A DNA stretch of 64,000 nucleotides from Oscillospiraceae bacterium (GCA_015065065.1 SVQX01000004.1:9203-73202), one strand, 5' to 3'; positions 17,810-28,518 are shown, counted from the stretch's first letter. Translations and numbers: made by a program. The notes: generated by a model from the letters alone, not told the origin.

Positions 17810-19150
17810 ATGGCAACTATAAACGTCTTTGGCGCTGGCCTTGCAGGTTGTGAGGCGGCGTGGGCGGCGGCGAATATGGGTGTGGACGTGCGACTGTACG
17901 AAATGAAGCCGCAGAAATTCACACCCGCCCACCACGATCCGAATTTTGCAGAGCTGGTATGCTCCAATTCTCTGCGCTCTGACCGTGTGACCGTGGCGTC
18001 GGGCTTGCTTAAGTCCGAGCTTGAACGCTTCGGCTCGCTTATCATGGAAGCCGCTCGCGCAACACAGGTCGCAGCGGGCTCGGCTCTTGCGGTCGATCGC
18101 GAAAAATTTTCCGCGTACATCACGGAAAAGATAAAAAATCACCCCCATATTACCGTAATCGAGCAGGAGGTCACGTCCATTCCCGACGATGGGATTACTG
18201 TTGTCGCAACGGGACCGCTTACCTCCGACGCCATGGCGGAATATATCAGGGGCGAGCTTGGTATAGGCGGACTTCATTTCTTTGATGCCGTCGCGCCTAT
18301 CGTGGATGCGGAAAGCATCAACTACGACGTTGCGTATTTCGCATCCCGATACGATAAGGGGGATGCGGATTATATCAACTGCCCCATGGACCGGGAGCAG
18401 TACGATACGTTTTATAACGCGCTTATTACCGCCGAGGAGGCACAGCTTAAGGAATTCGACAAGGATTTCCAGAAGGAGCTGAAGGTCTTTGAGGGCTGTA
18501 TGCCCGTTGAGGTAATGGCAAAGCGCGGCTACGACACCTTGCGTTACGGTCCATTAAAGCCCGTGGGACTTGTGGACAAGCGCACGGGAAAGGAAGCCTT
18601 TGCGGTAGTTCAGCTTCGCCGTGAAAACGAGGAGGGAACTATGTATAACCTTGTCGGATTTCAAACGCATCTGACCTTCCCCGAGCAAAAGAGGGTGTTC
18701 TCCATGATACCCGGTCTTGAAAACGCGCAGTTTTTGCGCTACGGCGTGATGCACAGAAATACCTATCTGCCGTCTCCCGAGCTGTTGGATGCGGATTATT
18801 CAATGAAAACACGCCCGAATTTGTTTTTCGCAGGACAGATGACGGGAGTTGAGGGCTATATCGAATCTACGGGCTCGGGCTACGTTGCGGGACTTAATGC
18901 TGCCCGTCGTGCGCTCGGACTTGATAAGATAATTTTCCCCGTGACGACAATGATAGGCGCTATGGCGCACTATATCAGCCACGGCGGAGTGGGGGATTTC
19001 GTCCCCATGAACGCAAATTTCGGTATCGTTCCGCCCCTTGAGTTCAGAGTCAAGGGCGGCAAGGTTGCAAGATACGAGGTGGTCGCACAGCGCGCCGCCG
19101 ACGATCTTACGGAATTTGCACGGTCCGTAGGACTTGAGCTTGTGAGGTAA
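17810..19150 (+). CDS. trmFO: Methylenetetrahydrofolate--tRNA-(uracil54-C5)-methyltransferase TrmFO
   Basis: It has an FAD-binding N-terminus INVFGAGLAGCEAAW. Its position after topA matches the Bacillus arrangement. Confidence 0.9.
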   Translation: MATINVFGAGLAGCEAAWAAANMGVDVRLYEMKPQKFTPAHHDPNFAELVCSNSLRSDRVTVASGLLKSELERFGSLIMEAARATQVAAGSALAVDREKFSAYITEKIKNHPHITVIEQEVTSIPDDGITVVATGPLTSDAMAEYIRGELGIGGLHFFDAVAPIVDAESINYDVAYFASRYDKGDADYINCPMDREQYDTFYNALITAEEAQLKEFDKDFQKELKVFEGCMPVEVMAKRGYDTLRYGPLKPVGLVDKRTGKEAFAVVQLRRENEEGTMYNLVGFQTHLTFPEQKRVFSMIPGLENAQFLRYGVMHRNTYLPSPELLDADYSMKTRPNLFFAGQMTGVEGYIESTGSGYVAGLNAARRALGLDKIIFPVTTMIGAMAHYISHGGVGDFVPMNANFGIVPPLEFRVKGGKVARYEVVAQRAADDLTEFARSVGLELVR

Positions 19151-19152
19151 GC

Positions 19153-20163
19153 ATGAAAATTATAATAGATTGCATGGGCGGCGACAATGCTCCTGCCGAA
19201 ATGCTCAAGGGAGCAGTTGCGGCACAAGAGGAGCTTGGCGGCGAATATATACTTGTGGGACATAAGGAAAAGCTGTCCGCCTGCGCCGCAGAGCTGGGAC
19301 TCGTGCTTGACGGCTTTGAGATCCTCCACGCAGAGGACGTCGTTACCATGGAGGACGACGCCATGGCGGCTGTCAAGACCAAAAAGGACTCGTCCATGGC
19401 GGTGGGACTTCGCGCGCTTGCAGAAGGCGTGGGGGACGCTATCGTCAGCTGTGGAAACACGGGTGCGCTGTTCTCGGGTGCTACGCTTATAGTCAAGCGT
19501 GCCAAGGGAATCCACCGCGCGGCAATAGCCACAGTGCTTCCTTACGACCCGCCAGTTCTGCTGTTGGATTCGGGTGCTAACGTGGTGGTAACCACGGAGC
19601 ATCTCGTGGAATTTGCCGTAATGGGCGCGGGATATTACTCCAAGCTGTTCGGCGTGGAAAATCCCAAGGTTGGACTTCTCTCCAACGGTACTGAGGAAAC
19701 CAAGGGTACGCCGCTTTGCCGTGAGGCTTACGAAAGGCTTACAGAGGCAAAGGAAACCGTGGGCGTCAATTTCGTCGGAAACGTGGAGGCGGGAGCTATC
19801 CCCTTCGGTGCGTGTCACGTAGTGGTCACCGACGGATTTACGGGTAATATTCTGCTCAAAACCGTTGAGGGCGCAGGAAAATTGGTAATGGGGCGGCTCA
19901 GGGGAATGTTCTATTCTTCTGCTCTCACAAGGCTCGCCGCGCTCATAATGAAAAAGCACCTTGCAGGCTTTAAGCATTCCTTTGATGCGACCGAGCATGG
20001 CGGAAGCCCCATTCTCGGTATATCAAAGCCGGTGATAAAGGCACACGGCTCGTCTGACGCAAAGGCGTTCAAGAACGCTATCCGACAAGCCAAGATATAC
20101 GCCGAGTCTGGCGCTATCGACCATATAAGTCAGGTTATGCTGTCAAAGGAAGACCAGCTTTGA
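19153..20163 (+). CDS. plsX: Phosphate acyltransferase PlsX
   Basis: The N-terminus KIIIDCMGGDNAP and the motif GNTGA are typical PlsX. Confidence 0.9.
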   Translation: MKIIIDCMGGDNAPAEMLKGAVAAQEELGGEYILVGHKEKLSACAAELGLVLDGFEILHAEDVVTMEDDAMAAVKTKKDSSMAVGLRALAEGVGDAIVSCGNTGALFSGATLIVKRAKGIHRAAIATVLPYDPPVLLLDSGANVVVTTEHLVEFAVMGAGYYSKLFGVENPKVGLLSNGTEETKGTPLCREAYERLTEAKETVGVNFVGNVEAGAIPFGACHVVVTDGFTGNILLKTVEGAGKLVMGRLRGMFYSSALTRLAALIMKKHLAGFKHSFDATEHGGSPILGISKPVIKAHGSSDAKAFKNAIRQAKIYAESGAIDHISQVMLSKEDQL

Positions 20164-20200
20164 CCTGAATTTTGAATTTTTCCCGAAAGGAGGAGTTTGG

Positions 20201-20929
20201 ATGAGCTGTACGGGAAAGGAACATATAAATACAGAGGCGCTTGAAGCCCGTATAGGTCACCGCTTTTCGCAACGAGAGCTGCTTGTACGCGCGCTGACTC
20301 ACTCGTCATATTCCAACGAATCGGGAGAGCGCAACCACCATCTGCTCTGCAACGAGCGGCTGGAGTTTTTGGGTGACTCGGTATTGTCTATCGTCGTCAG
20401 CGAATATCTTTTCGGTAAATACCCCGACAGAACAGAAGGGGAGCTTACCAAGATACGAAGCGAGGTGGTCTGCACCAAGGCGTTGGCTACCTACGCACGC
20501 GAATTGGAGCTTGGAAAATACCTGTTGCTCGGTATCGGTGAAGCGCGAAACGGCGGAAGTGATAACGAAAACATACTTGAGGACGCATTTGAGGCGTTGC
20601 TTGCGGCATTGTATCTCGATTGCGGCGAAAACGGCAAAAATACCGTGTCAGCATTGGTAATTCCGTTTGTGGAGCGGTATATTTCGGCTATGGACGAGCG
20701 CGGCGGCGACGGGGATTATAAGACGCCCCTCCAGCAGCTCGTACAGCAATCGGGCAGTGACGTCCTTGAATACGTGCTGATAGGCGAGAGCGGTCCCGAC
20801 CACATGAAGACCTTTGAGGTGGAGGCGCGGCTGAATTCCAACGTGCTGGGACGCGGAACGGGACGTTCAAAGCGAAAGGCGGAGCAGGCGGCAGCAAAGG
20901 CTGCGCTGGAGCTTTTCGGAGTTAAATAA
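20201..20929 (+). CDS. rnc: Ribonuclease III
   Basis: It has the signature ERLEFLGDSVL and a C-terminal dsRBD (GSGRSKRKAEQAAAKAAL). Confidence 0.92.
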   Translation: MSCTGKEHINTEALEARIGHRFSQRELLVRALTHSSYSNESGERNHHLLCNERLEFLGDSVLSIVVSEYLFGKYPDRTEGELTKIRSEVVCTKALATYARELELGKYLLLGIGEARNGGSDNENILEDAFEALLAALYLDCGENGKNTVSALVIPFVERYISAMDERGGDGDYKTPLQQLVQQSGSDVLEYVLIGESGPDHMKTFEVEARLNSNVLGRGTGRSKRKAEQAAAKAALELFGVK

Positions 20930-20970
20930 GCGAATATCACAATCTCGATTTTTTGAGAAGGAGAGAGCAA

Positions 20971-23900
20971 GTGTACTTAAAATCAATAGAGATGCAAGGC
21001 TTTAAGTCCTTTCCCGACAGGACAAAGCTGGTTTTTGACAAGCGGGATGCCGTGGGGGATGACGGTGCGGGTGTTACCGTAATCGTCGGACCTAACGGAA
21101 GCGGAAAATCCAACGTAGCCGACGCTATGCGTTGGGTACTCGGAGAAATATCCTCCAAAACCCTGCGCGGAAGCAAGATGGAGGACGTTATCTTCGGCGG
21201 TGCTGACAGCCGTCGCCCCATGGGCTTTGCGGAGGTTTCGGTCACCTTTGATAACACGTCGGGGCAGGGACGCCTGGACTGTCCGTACGACGAGGTAATC
21301 GTAACTCGCCGTTATTTCCGCGCGGGTGAGAGCGAATATCTTATCAATCGCAAGCCTGTAAGACTTAAGGACATCTATGAGCTGTTCCTCAACACGGGTA
21401 TCGGACGCGACGGGTATTCCATTATCGGACAAGGAAAAATTGCGGAGATCATATCTCAAAAGAGCGACGAGCGCCGCAGTATTTTCGAGGACGCATCAGG
21501 TATTGCAAAGTATAGAGTTAAGAAAAACGAGGCAGCGCGCAAGCTGGATGCTACCGAGGCTAACATGACGCGAATCCGTGACATTTTCATTGAGGTTGAG
21601 GCTCAGGTCGGACCGCTTGAGCGTGAGTCTGAGAAGGCAAAGCGCGCACTCGTTCTGCTCGATAGCAAAAAGCGTGCGGATATCAGCCTTTGGCTGTACG
21701 ACACCGAAAAGCTGAAGACCAATATCGACTCCGCAGAGGAGATACGCGCGCACGCATCCTTTGACCTTTCGCAGGCAGAGGACGAGCTTCAGTCGCTTGA
21801 CGTGCAGAATAAGCGCCTTATGGAAATTTCCCAGAACAGCAAGCAGGCTTCTGCCGAGCTGCTGGACGAAATAAGCGGACTTACCGAGGTCATCCATAAG
21901 CTGGACAGCACCTTTAAGGTTACGGAAAACAATATCGCGCATACAAAGGAGCTGATAGAGTCCGCTTCAGAAAATAAGCAGGCGCTTTTACGTCAGCGTG
22001 ACTGTGAGTTGACACAGCTCAACGCGCACAAGGAGCGCATCTCGCAGCTGGAGGACTCTGTAAAGGAGGAGCGCGCGGCGTTTGATTCAAATGCTCGCGA
22101 GATAGTTGAGCTTCAGGAAAAAGTCAGCGCACTTGATACGGATATCGCTTTGATATCAAAGGATATTTCGGATAGTGAGAGCGAGGCTGTGGATATGGCT
22201 GTGCGCGTGTCCGTTCTGGAAAGCGCAAGAGATTCGGGCAACGACCGTAACAGCGGCATCATCAGCGAGATGGAGCAGTATGAGAGCGTTTCCTGCGAGC
22301 TTGAAGGAAAGTGCGCGGAGCAGCAGAAAAAGGTGGATAAGTATAACGCAACCTTTGAGGAAGCGCAGGCACAATTTGAGGAATGCGATAAACGACTTGC
22401 CGAGCTTAACGGGCAGTACGGCGAGATGTACGAGCGAATGGCGAGCGAGAAGCTCCGCCGCGATTCCATAGCGCAGAGGATTGCTACCTACAAGGCTATG
22501 GAGGAGCATTTCGAGGGCTACGCCGCAAGTGTACGCTACGTTATGAAGCAGTATACCGAGGGAAATATCCGCGATTTCCACGGAAATCCCTGCGGTAAGA
22601 TATACGGACCGCTCTCCAAGGTGATCTCCGTTGATACGCCTTACATTACGGCTATCGAAACGGCTCTTGGAGCAAACCTTCAGAATATCGTTGTCGAGGA
22701 CGAGGCTACCGCAAAGTCGGCTATGTATTGCCTCAAGCGTGGCGAGGCGGGTAGAGCAACCTTTTTCCCGCTGACATCTATGCGTCCCTCGAATGTCACC
22801 GATGAGATGCGGCAGGCAGCGGGATACGAAGGATATGTCGCCGTGGCGGATACACTCGTTTCCTACGACGCGAAATTTACAAACGTAATTTCGTCCTTGC
22901 TTGGACGAACCGTGGTCTTTGACAATATCGACAACGCTACCCAAATGGCAAAGTCGCTCAAATTCCGCGTCCGCGTTGTAACTCTTGACGGTCAGCAGAT
23001 AAACGTCGGCGGATCGTTTACGGGTGGTTCTGCGGTGCAAAAGAACGGCGCTTTGAGCCGCGCGGGTGAGGTCAAGCGCATGACCGAGGAGCTTTCCGAG
23101 CTTGACGCAAGGCTTGCCGAGCGAGAAGGGGAGCTTGCGGATATTAAGAGCCTTATCTCTAAGGCTGACAATGAAAGAATGTCTTTCGAGGATAAGCGAG
23201 AGCTTTCCCGTGTTCTCCGTGCCTCCGAGCAGTCTCAGCTTGATCAGCTGCAGGCAAAGCTGGACGCAAACAATACGCTGCTTTCGCGTATGCGCGAGGA
23301 CTGCGAGCAAATACTTAAAATGAGCGAGCAGTACGAGGAGGATATGAAAACTCTCCGCGCCGACGAAAAGGCGTTGCGTGAGAAGATTGAACAGCTTCGC
23401 GAGCTTAAAATGGAAAAGGCGGAAGCCAAGGGCGACGCGGAGGATAGCGTTGACAAACTTGAATCCGAGCAGACTCGCCTGTTCATCAAGATGAGCGAGA
23501 TAAATAAAGACATTGAAACCGAGGAAACACTCATTCGTGTGTGCGAGGAAAGAATAGCCGTATGTGACGCGGATATCTCCGCCTCAGACGAGCGCACCGA
23601 GACGCATAAGCAGAGAATAAGCGACTATGAGGTAGCTCAGGTCGAAAACCGCAAGCAGGCAGACGCAAACCGCAAGGTGCTTGATGAGCTTACCAAAAAG
23701 CGTGCTGTCGCGGAGCAGAACAGTGCAGAATTTGAGGAAAAGCTGGCGGCTCTGTCCGAAAAGCTCCGCGCAAAGATGTCCGAAAAAGAAAACATATTCC
23801 GCGAGTTTACCACGGCAGATACCAAGCTCAACTCGCTCAAGGCGGATATGGATAAGCTGTCAAGCAAGCTGTGGGACGACTATGAGATCACCCGCGCAGA

Positions 23901-24630
23901 GGCGCTTGGACTCGGCTATCCTCCCGTCACAAAGGAAAATCGCTCCGAGATGACGGCACTCCAGACAGAATGTCGTAATAAGCTCCGCGCTATCGGTCAC
24001 TTTGACCCCGACGCGGTTGAAAAGTATAAGGAAGTCAAGGAAAGATACGAGTACATGAAGGCGCAGATCGACGACCTTGAGAGGTCGCGCGAGGAGCTGA
24101 CGGGTATTATTTCAAGCCTTGAATCCGAAATGAAGGTGGCGTTTGTTGAAGCGTTCAACGCTATCAACGAGAATTTTGCCGTGACCTTTGCCGAGCTGTT
24201 TGGCGGCGGCGTTGCCGAGCTTTCACTGAGCGATCCCGAAAACGTGCTTGAAAGCGGTATTGAAATCAAGGCGGCTCCTCCCGGCAAGATCATCAAGAGC
24301 CTGATGCAGCTTTCGGGCGGCGAGCAGGCGTTTGTCGGAGTTGCGCTGTTCTTTGCTATCCTTAAGGTCAATCCCACGCCCTTCTGTATTCTCGACGAGA
24401 TCGAGGCGGCGCTGGACGAGGTAAACGTTGAGCGCCTTGCGCAGTACATCAAGCGTTATACCGACGACACGCAGTTCATAATGATTACACACCGTCGCGG
24501 AACTATGGCGGCGGCGAGCACACTTTACGGCGTAACCATGCCCGAGCGCGGAATCTCAAAGGTCCTCACTCTGGACGTCGCCGATATTTCCAAGAACAAG
24601 GAGCAGGACTGGGATGGGATTTTTAGCTAA
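20971..24630 (+). CDS. smc: Chromosome segregation protein SMC
   Basis: It has Walker A GPNGSGKSN, long coiled coils, a hinge, the signature LSGGEQA and Walker B ILDEIEAALD. I chose the GTG at 20971 because AAGGAGAG lies upstream. Confidence 0.95.
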   Translation: MYLKSIEMQGFKSFPDRTKLVFDKRDAVGDDGAGVTVIVGPNGSGKSNVADAMRWVLGEISSKTLRGSKMEDVIFGGADSRRPMGFAEVSVTFDNTSGQGRLDCPYDEVIVTRRYFRAGESEYLINRKPVRLKDIYELFLNTGIGRDGYSIIGQGKIAEIISQKSDERRSIFEDASGIAKYRVKKNEAARKLDATEANMTRIRDIFIEVEAQVGPLERESEKAKRALVLLDSKKRADISLWLYDTEKLKTNIDSAEEIRAHASFDLSQAEDELQSLDVQNKRLMEISQNSKQASAELLDEISGLTEVIHKLDSTFKVTENNIAHTKELIESASENKQALLRQRDCELTQLNAHKERISQLEDSVKEERAAFDSNAREIVELQEKVSALDTDIALISKDISDSESEAVDMAVRVSVLESARDSGNDRNSGIISEMEQYESVSCELEGKCAEQQKKVDKYNATFEEAQAQFEECDKRLAELNGQYGEMYERMASEKLRRDSIAQRIATYKAMEEHFEGYAASVRYVMKQYTEGNIRDFHGNPCGKIYGPLSKVISVDTPYITAIETALGANLQNIVVEDEATAKSAMYCLKRGEAGRATFFPLTSMRPSNVTDEMRQAAGYEGYVAVADTLVSYDAKFTNVISSLLGRTVVFDNIDNATQMAKSLKFRVRVVTLDGQQINVGGSFTGGSAVQKNGALSRAGEVKRMTEELSELDARLAEREGELADIKSLISKADNERMSFEDKRELSRVLRASEQSQLDQLQAKLDANNTLLSRMREDCEQILKMSEQYEEDMKTLRADEKALREKIEQLRELKMEKAEAKGDAEDSVDKLESEQTRLFIKMSEINKDIETEETLIRVCEERIAVCDADISASDERTETHKQRISDYEVAQVENRKQADANRKVLDELTKKRAVAEQNSAEFEEKLAALSEKLRAKMSEKENIFREFTTADTKLNSLKADMDKLSSKLWDDYEITRAEALGLGYPPVTKENRSEMTALQTECRNKLRAIGHFDPDAVEKYKEVKERYEYMKAQIDDLERSREELTGIISSLESEMKVAFVEAFNAINENFAVTFAELFGGGVAELSLSDPENVLESGIEIKAAPPGKIIKSLMQLSGGEQAFVGVALFFAILKVNPTPFCILDEIEAALDEVNVERLAQYIKRYTDDTQFIMITHRRGTMAAASTLYGVTMPERGISKVLTLDVADISKNKEQDWDGIFS

Positions 24631-25693
24631 AATGTTCGATAAGAACAAGAAAAACGGACAGGATGAGTCCGTTGATACAAAGGCTGTTGACGTCACAGCC
24701 GAGGCTGAAGCGGAAGCTTCCGAAATTGAGGAAACCGTTGATACGGCAACAGAAACGGTAGTAGCCGAGGAGGACACCACCACAAAGCAGTCCTTTTGGA
24801 ATCGACTGCGAGGAGGACTCTCCAAAACCAAAAACGCATTGCTCGGGTCTGTGGACGAAATGCTCAAGGCATTCGTCAAGGTGGACGAGGATATGCTGGA
24901 GGAGCTGGAGGAGATACTCATTTCGGCAGACGTCGGAATGGCGGCTACCGAGGCAATTACCGAGGAGCTTCGCGACAGAATAAAGGACGGCAGACTCAAG
25001 GAAAAGGAGCAGGTCATGGACGCGCTCCGCGAGATACTGACCGAAATGATAGGCGAGAGTCAGCCGCTCGCGCTTGATACGAAGCCCTCCGTGATTCTGG
25101 TCATCGGAGTCAACGGCGCGGGTAAGACCACCTTTATCGGTAAGATATCGAAACGTATTAAGCTGCAAGGAAAATCCGTCGTCGTTGCGGCGGCTGATAC
25201 CTTCCGCGCGGCGGCTATCGACCAGCTTGGCGTATGGTGCGAGCGCGCGGGCGTTGATATGATTAAGCAGAGCGAGGGAAGCGACCCCGCGGCGGTCGTG
25301 TTTGACGCTATCGCGGCTGTAAAGAAAAAGGGCGCTGACGTGCTTATCATTGACACTGCGGGTCGACTTCAGAACAAGAAAAATCTGATGAACGAGCTGG
25401 CAAAGATCGACCGCGTTATCGACCGTGAGCTGCCGGGCGCAGCAAGGGAGACCCTGCTCGTGCTTGACGCTACCACAGGTCAGAATGCGGTATCTCAGGC
25501 AAAGGAATTCAGCAACGCCGCAAATATCACGGGTATCACTCTCAACAAGCTGGACGGCACGGCAAAGGGCGGAATAGTCATATCCATCAAGAAGGAATTG
25601 GGCATTCCCGTCAAGTTCGTGGGTGTCGGAGAGAAAATAGACGATATGCAGGAATTTGACGCGGCTGATTTTGTAAGCGCGTTGTTTGAATAA
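24614..25693 (+). CDS. ftsY: Signal recognition particle receptor FtsY (alternative start ATG 24632)
   Basis: An acidic N-terminal region is followed by [14 protein letters not shown] and [11 protein letters not shown]. It overlaps or abuts the smc stop. Confidence 0.9.
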   Translation: MGFLAKMFDKNKKNGQDESVDTKAVDVTAEAEAEASEIEETVDTATETVVAEEDTTTKQSFWNRLRGGLSKTKNALLGSVDEMLKAFVKVDEDMLEELEEILISADVGMAATEAITEELRDRIKDGRLKEKEQVMDALREILTEMIGESQPLALDTKPSVILVIGVNGAGKTTFIGKISKRIKLQGKSVVVAAADTFRAAAIDQLGVWCERAGVDMIKQSEGSDPAAVVFDAIAAVKKKGADVLIIDTAGRLQNKKNLMNELAKIDRVIDRELPGAARETLLVLDATTGQNAVSQAKEFSNAANITGITLNKLDGTAKGGIVISIKKELGIPVKFVGVGEKIDDMQEFDAADFVSALFE

Positions 25694-25705
25694 GGAAAAG
25701 TCGCT

Positions 25706-26332
25706 ATGGAAATAGTACTTGCATCCAAAAATCCCAAGAAAATTAAAGAGCTTCAAGCCATACTGTCAAAGGATATTCCGAACATCAATATCCGCTCGCT
25801 AGTCGACGTGGGAGTCGAGGGGGATATCGTTGAGGATGGAGAAACCTTTGAGGAAAACGCGCTCATCAAGGCTCGTACTGCGTACAGGGCGGCGGGCGGC
25901 AGGTATATCGGTATCGGTGACGATTCGGGACTTTGCGTTGATGCACTTGACGGAGCGCCCGGTGTTTACTCCGCAAGATTTGCGGGCGGACACGGCGACG
26001 ACGAAGCGAATAACAGATTTTTGCTTGAAAAGCTGAAATGTACCCCCGACGGAAATATGGGCGCACAATTCGTGTCCGCGATAGCCTGCGTTTATACCGA
26101 TAGGGACGGCAATGAGGAGAGCTTTACGGTGCGCGGCGAGATCGAGGGAAAAATTATCCGCGAGGCGAGAGGGAACGGTGGCTTCGGCTACGATCCTTAC
26201 TTCTATTATTCGCCTCTCGGCAAGACATTTGCAGAGCTTTCTGCAGAGGAAAAAAATTTGATAAGCCACCGAGCGCGGGCAATCTGCGCGCTCAATGAAA
26301 AGCTGAAGGAGCTTGATATCGGCGATATTTAA
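25706..26332 (+). CDS. rdgB: dITP/XTP pyrophosphatase (RdgB/HAM1 family)
   Basis: Motifs ASKNPKKIKEL, DDSGLCVDAL.G.PG.YSAR, FGYDP and SHR are present. Confidence 0.85.
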   Translation: MEIVLASKNPKKIKELQAILSKDIPNINIRSLVDVGVEGDIVEDGETFEENALIKARTAYRAAGGRYIGIGDDSGLCVDALDGAPGVYSARFAGGHGDDEANNRFLLEKLKCTPDGNMGAQFVSAIACVYTDRDGNEESFTVRGEIEGKIIREARGNGGFGYDPYFYYSPLGKTFAELSAEEKNLISHRARAICALNEKLKELDIGDI

Positions 26333-26353
26333 GCCCACATCAATGGAGTAACT

Positions 26354-26686
26354 ATGAATATATATGGAAAAGAATATCCCACACCCACACCCATAACCTC
26401 TGCACAAAGAGCGTACCTTCGCTCTGTCGCGGCGGATGTGCCTACCATTATGCAGATAGGCAAGGGAGGAATCACGGAAAACCTGATGCGTACAGTGTCG
26501 GACGCGCTTGAAGCACGCGAGCTTGTTAAAATGTCGGTGCTTGAAAATTGCGAATATACCGCGAGAGAGGCGGCTGAAGCACTTGCCGAGTCGCTTGGCG
26601 CGCTCGTCGTGTCGGTTATCGGCAGAAAAATAATACTCTTCCGCCGTTCCACAAACAAGAAAAATCGAATTGAATTGCCATGCTGA
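26354..26686 (+). CDS. yhbY: YhbY/CRS1-type RNA-binding ribosome assembly protein
   Basis: The motif GKGGITENLMRTVSDALEARELVKMSV is present. It is the first gene of the conserved yhbY-nadD-yqeK-rsfS block. Confidence 0.8.
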   Translation: MNIYGKEYPTPTPITSAQRAYLRSVAADVPTIMQIGKGGITENLMRTVSDALEARELVKMSVLENCEYTAREAAEALAESLGALVVSVIGRKIILFRRSTNKKNRIELPC

Positions 26687-26696
26687 CGGTGAAAAT

Positions 26697-27314
26697 ATGA
26701 GAATAGGTATTTACGGCGGAACGTTTTCCCCCGTCCATAACGGTCATATATCTGCCGCCCGCGCGTTTATGGAGCAAATGTGGCTGGATGTGCTGTACGT
26801 CATTCCCACGGGCGTATCTCCCCATAAGCAGATGGACGGAGAGGCTACTCCCGACGACAGACTCCGGATGTGCCGCCTTGCCTTTGAGGGTGAGGGCGGA
26901 ATTGACGGTGTTATCGTCAGCGATATGGAGATCAAGCGGGAGGGAAAAAGCTATACAGTGGAAACCCTCAGACAGCTTTACCGCGAGGGGGACAGACTGT
27001 TTTTTCTGTGCGGCACGGATATGCTGCTCACGCTTGACAAATGGCGGGAGCCCGCGGAGATATTCAGACTTTGTTATCCCGTGTACATCCGCCGCGAAAG
27101 TGACGGCGAGCTGGACGCGGTGATAGTTCAAAAGCTCAAGGAATATAAGGAAAAATACGGTAAGAACATAATGCGGGTGGTGACCGAGCCTGTGGAGATC
27201 TCGTCTAGCGAGATACGAGACAGGACGAGTCGGGGTGAGGATATATCTACCCTCGTGCCCACTGCCGTAGCAGATTATATCAAGTCAAAGGGACTGTATC
27301 AAAATGTCAAATAA
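26697..27314 (+). CDS. nadD: Nicotinate-nucleotide adenylyltransferase
   Basis: The nucleotidyltransferase motif GIYGGTFSPVHNGH is at the chosen start, and ISSSEIR lies near the C-terminus. Confidence 0.9.
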   Translation: MRIGIYGGTFSPVHNGHISAARAFMEQMWLDVLYVIPTGVSPHKQMDGEATPDDRLRMCRLAFEGEGGIDGVIVSDMEIKREGKSYTVETLRQLYREGDRLFFLCGTDMLLTLDKWREPAEIFRLCYPVYIRRESDGELDAVIVQKLKEYKEKYGKNIMRVVTEPVEISSSEIRDRTSRGEDISTLVPTAVADYIKSKGLYQNVK

Positions 27315-27945
27315 ATGGACTGAAAAACAAATAGCCGATCTGCGCGCCGAGGTGCAAAAGGGTATGTCGCAAAAAAGATTTTTGCACACGCTCGCGGTCG
27401 AAGAAATGACGGATAGGCTTGCGAGCCTTTTCGGCTGTGAGAAGCGTGAGGAGATGTGTGTTGCCGCGATCCTGCACGATATAACCAAGGAATGCTCGGT
27501 TGACGAGCAGCTCGCGCTGTGCGAAAAATACGGTATACCCGACGGAGAGCATTTGCGTCTTGCACCAAAGACCTTTCACGCACAGACCGCCGCAGCGCTC
27601 GTAGCCGGTAAATTTCCCGAATTTGCCGACGAAACGGTGATAGGCTGTGTAAGATGGCACACCACGGGGCATGCCGGAATGACGCTTGAGGAGCAGCTTG
27701 TTTATCTTGCGGATTATATTGATATGACAAGACTTTTCCCCGATTGTGTAAGATTACGCAACTACTTTTTTGACGCCGAGCCGCAAAAAATGGATAATGA
27801 TGAGCGTATGCTTCATCTGTATAAAACTCTTCTTATGTCTTACGATATGACTATACGCGCACTGGTCGATGACGGCGCAATAATCAGCGCGGATACCGTT
27901 ATCGCGCGAAACGAGATAGCGGCGACTCTGCGCAAAATGCAATGA
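27304..27945 (+). CDS. yqeK: HD-domain bis(5'-nucleosyl)-tetraphosphatase YqeK
   Basis: HD motifs RFLHTLAV...AAILHDITKE are present. It overlaps the nadD stop by 11 nt. Confidence 0.85.
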   Translation: MSNKWTEKQIADLRAEVQKGMSQKRFLHTLAVEEMTDRLASLFGCEKREEMCVAAILHDITKECSVDEQLALCEKYGIPDGEHLRLAPKTFHAQTAAALVAGKFPEFADETVIGCVRWHTTGHAGMTLEEQLVYLADYIDMTRLFPDCVRLRNYFFDAEPQKMDNDERMLHLYKTLLMSYDMTIRALVDDGAIISADTVIARNEIAATLRKMQ

Positions 27946-28346
27946 TAGGAAAGGAAATAATTATGGACGAAATGAATAATAACATTACCGCGGGCGAGGA
28001 GCTGCCCGCACCGCTGACGGACGCAACGCCCGAGGAGCTTGCGAATGCTGTCGCGGAGTTTCTGGATAATAAAAGGGGAAGGGACGTAAAGGTAATTCCC
28101 ATGGCGGGCAAGACGGATATTTGCGAATTTATGGTGCTTGCCACCGCGACCTCCTCCACTCACGTTCAGGCGCTGGGCGGCGAGGTGGAGTATCAGATGG
28201 AAAGACGAATGGTAAGCCCGCTCCACGTAGAGGGACGTGATAATAAAACGTGGATCGTATTGGATTACAGCCACGTAATGGTGCATATTTTTACGCAGGA
28301 GACACGCGAATTTTATAATCTTGACAAGCTTTACGGCAACGATTGA
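27942..28346 (+). CDS. rsfS: Ribosome silencing factor RsfS
   Basis: Its length and the motifs (...DICEFMVLATATSSTHVQAL..., WIVLDY..VMVHIF) are typical RsfS. It has an ATGA overlap with yqeK. Confidence 0.85.
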   Translation: MIGKEIIMDEMNNNITAGEELPAPLTDATPEELANAVAEFLDNKRGRDVKVIPMAGKTDICEFMVLATATSSTHVQALGGEVEYQMERRMVSPLHVEGRDNKTWIVLDYSHVMVHIFTQETREFYNLDKLYGND

Positions 28347-28354
28347 TATAAAGT

Positions 28355-28397
28355 CCCGATTAACGTCGGATACGGCGTTAATCGGGGCTTTTTTGTT
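28355..28397 (+). terminator. Terminator after rsfS
   Basis: An 11-bp stem cccgattaacg/cgttaatcggg is followed by cttttttgtt. Confidence 0.8.
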
Positions 28398-28489
28398 GCC
28401 GATTTTTGATGAAAAATAGGTTAAATTATGAAAAAAATCAATCTGTACAAAAAATATTAAAAAAAATTCAAATTTTTTTCAAAAAACCC

Positions 28490-28518
28490 TTTACAATTTG
28501 ATAATGGTGTGATATAAT
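28490..28518 (+). promoter_or_regulatory. Sigma-A type promoter ahead of the response-regulator gene
   Basis: It has TTTACA, a 17-nt spacer and TGaTATAAT, and is embedded in a very A/T-rich region. Confidence 0.6.

Noticed and set aside
24623-25756. Long antisense ORFs lie opposite confident genes. Examples are 24623-25756 (-), 32813-34576 (-), 22156-23310 (-), 16316-17539 (-), 14271-15356 (-), 5845-6762 (-), 60507-62090 (+) and 62392-63246 (+).
   Set aside because: Each lies entirely within a gene that has unmistakable family motifs on the other strand. Their translations are low-complexity or Arg/Leu/Ser-rich with no recognisable motifs and no RBS. They are typical shadow ORFs.
28428-28460. 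A mini-ORF (MKKINLYKKY) and other very short ORFs occur in the A/T-rich region upstream of the response regulator, possibly as leader peptides.
   Set aside because: They have no Shine-Dalgarno sequence and lie upstream of the best promoter (28490-28518). Such ORFs are expected by chance in A/T-rich DNA.
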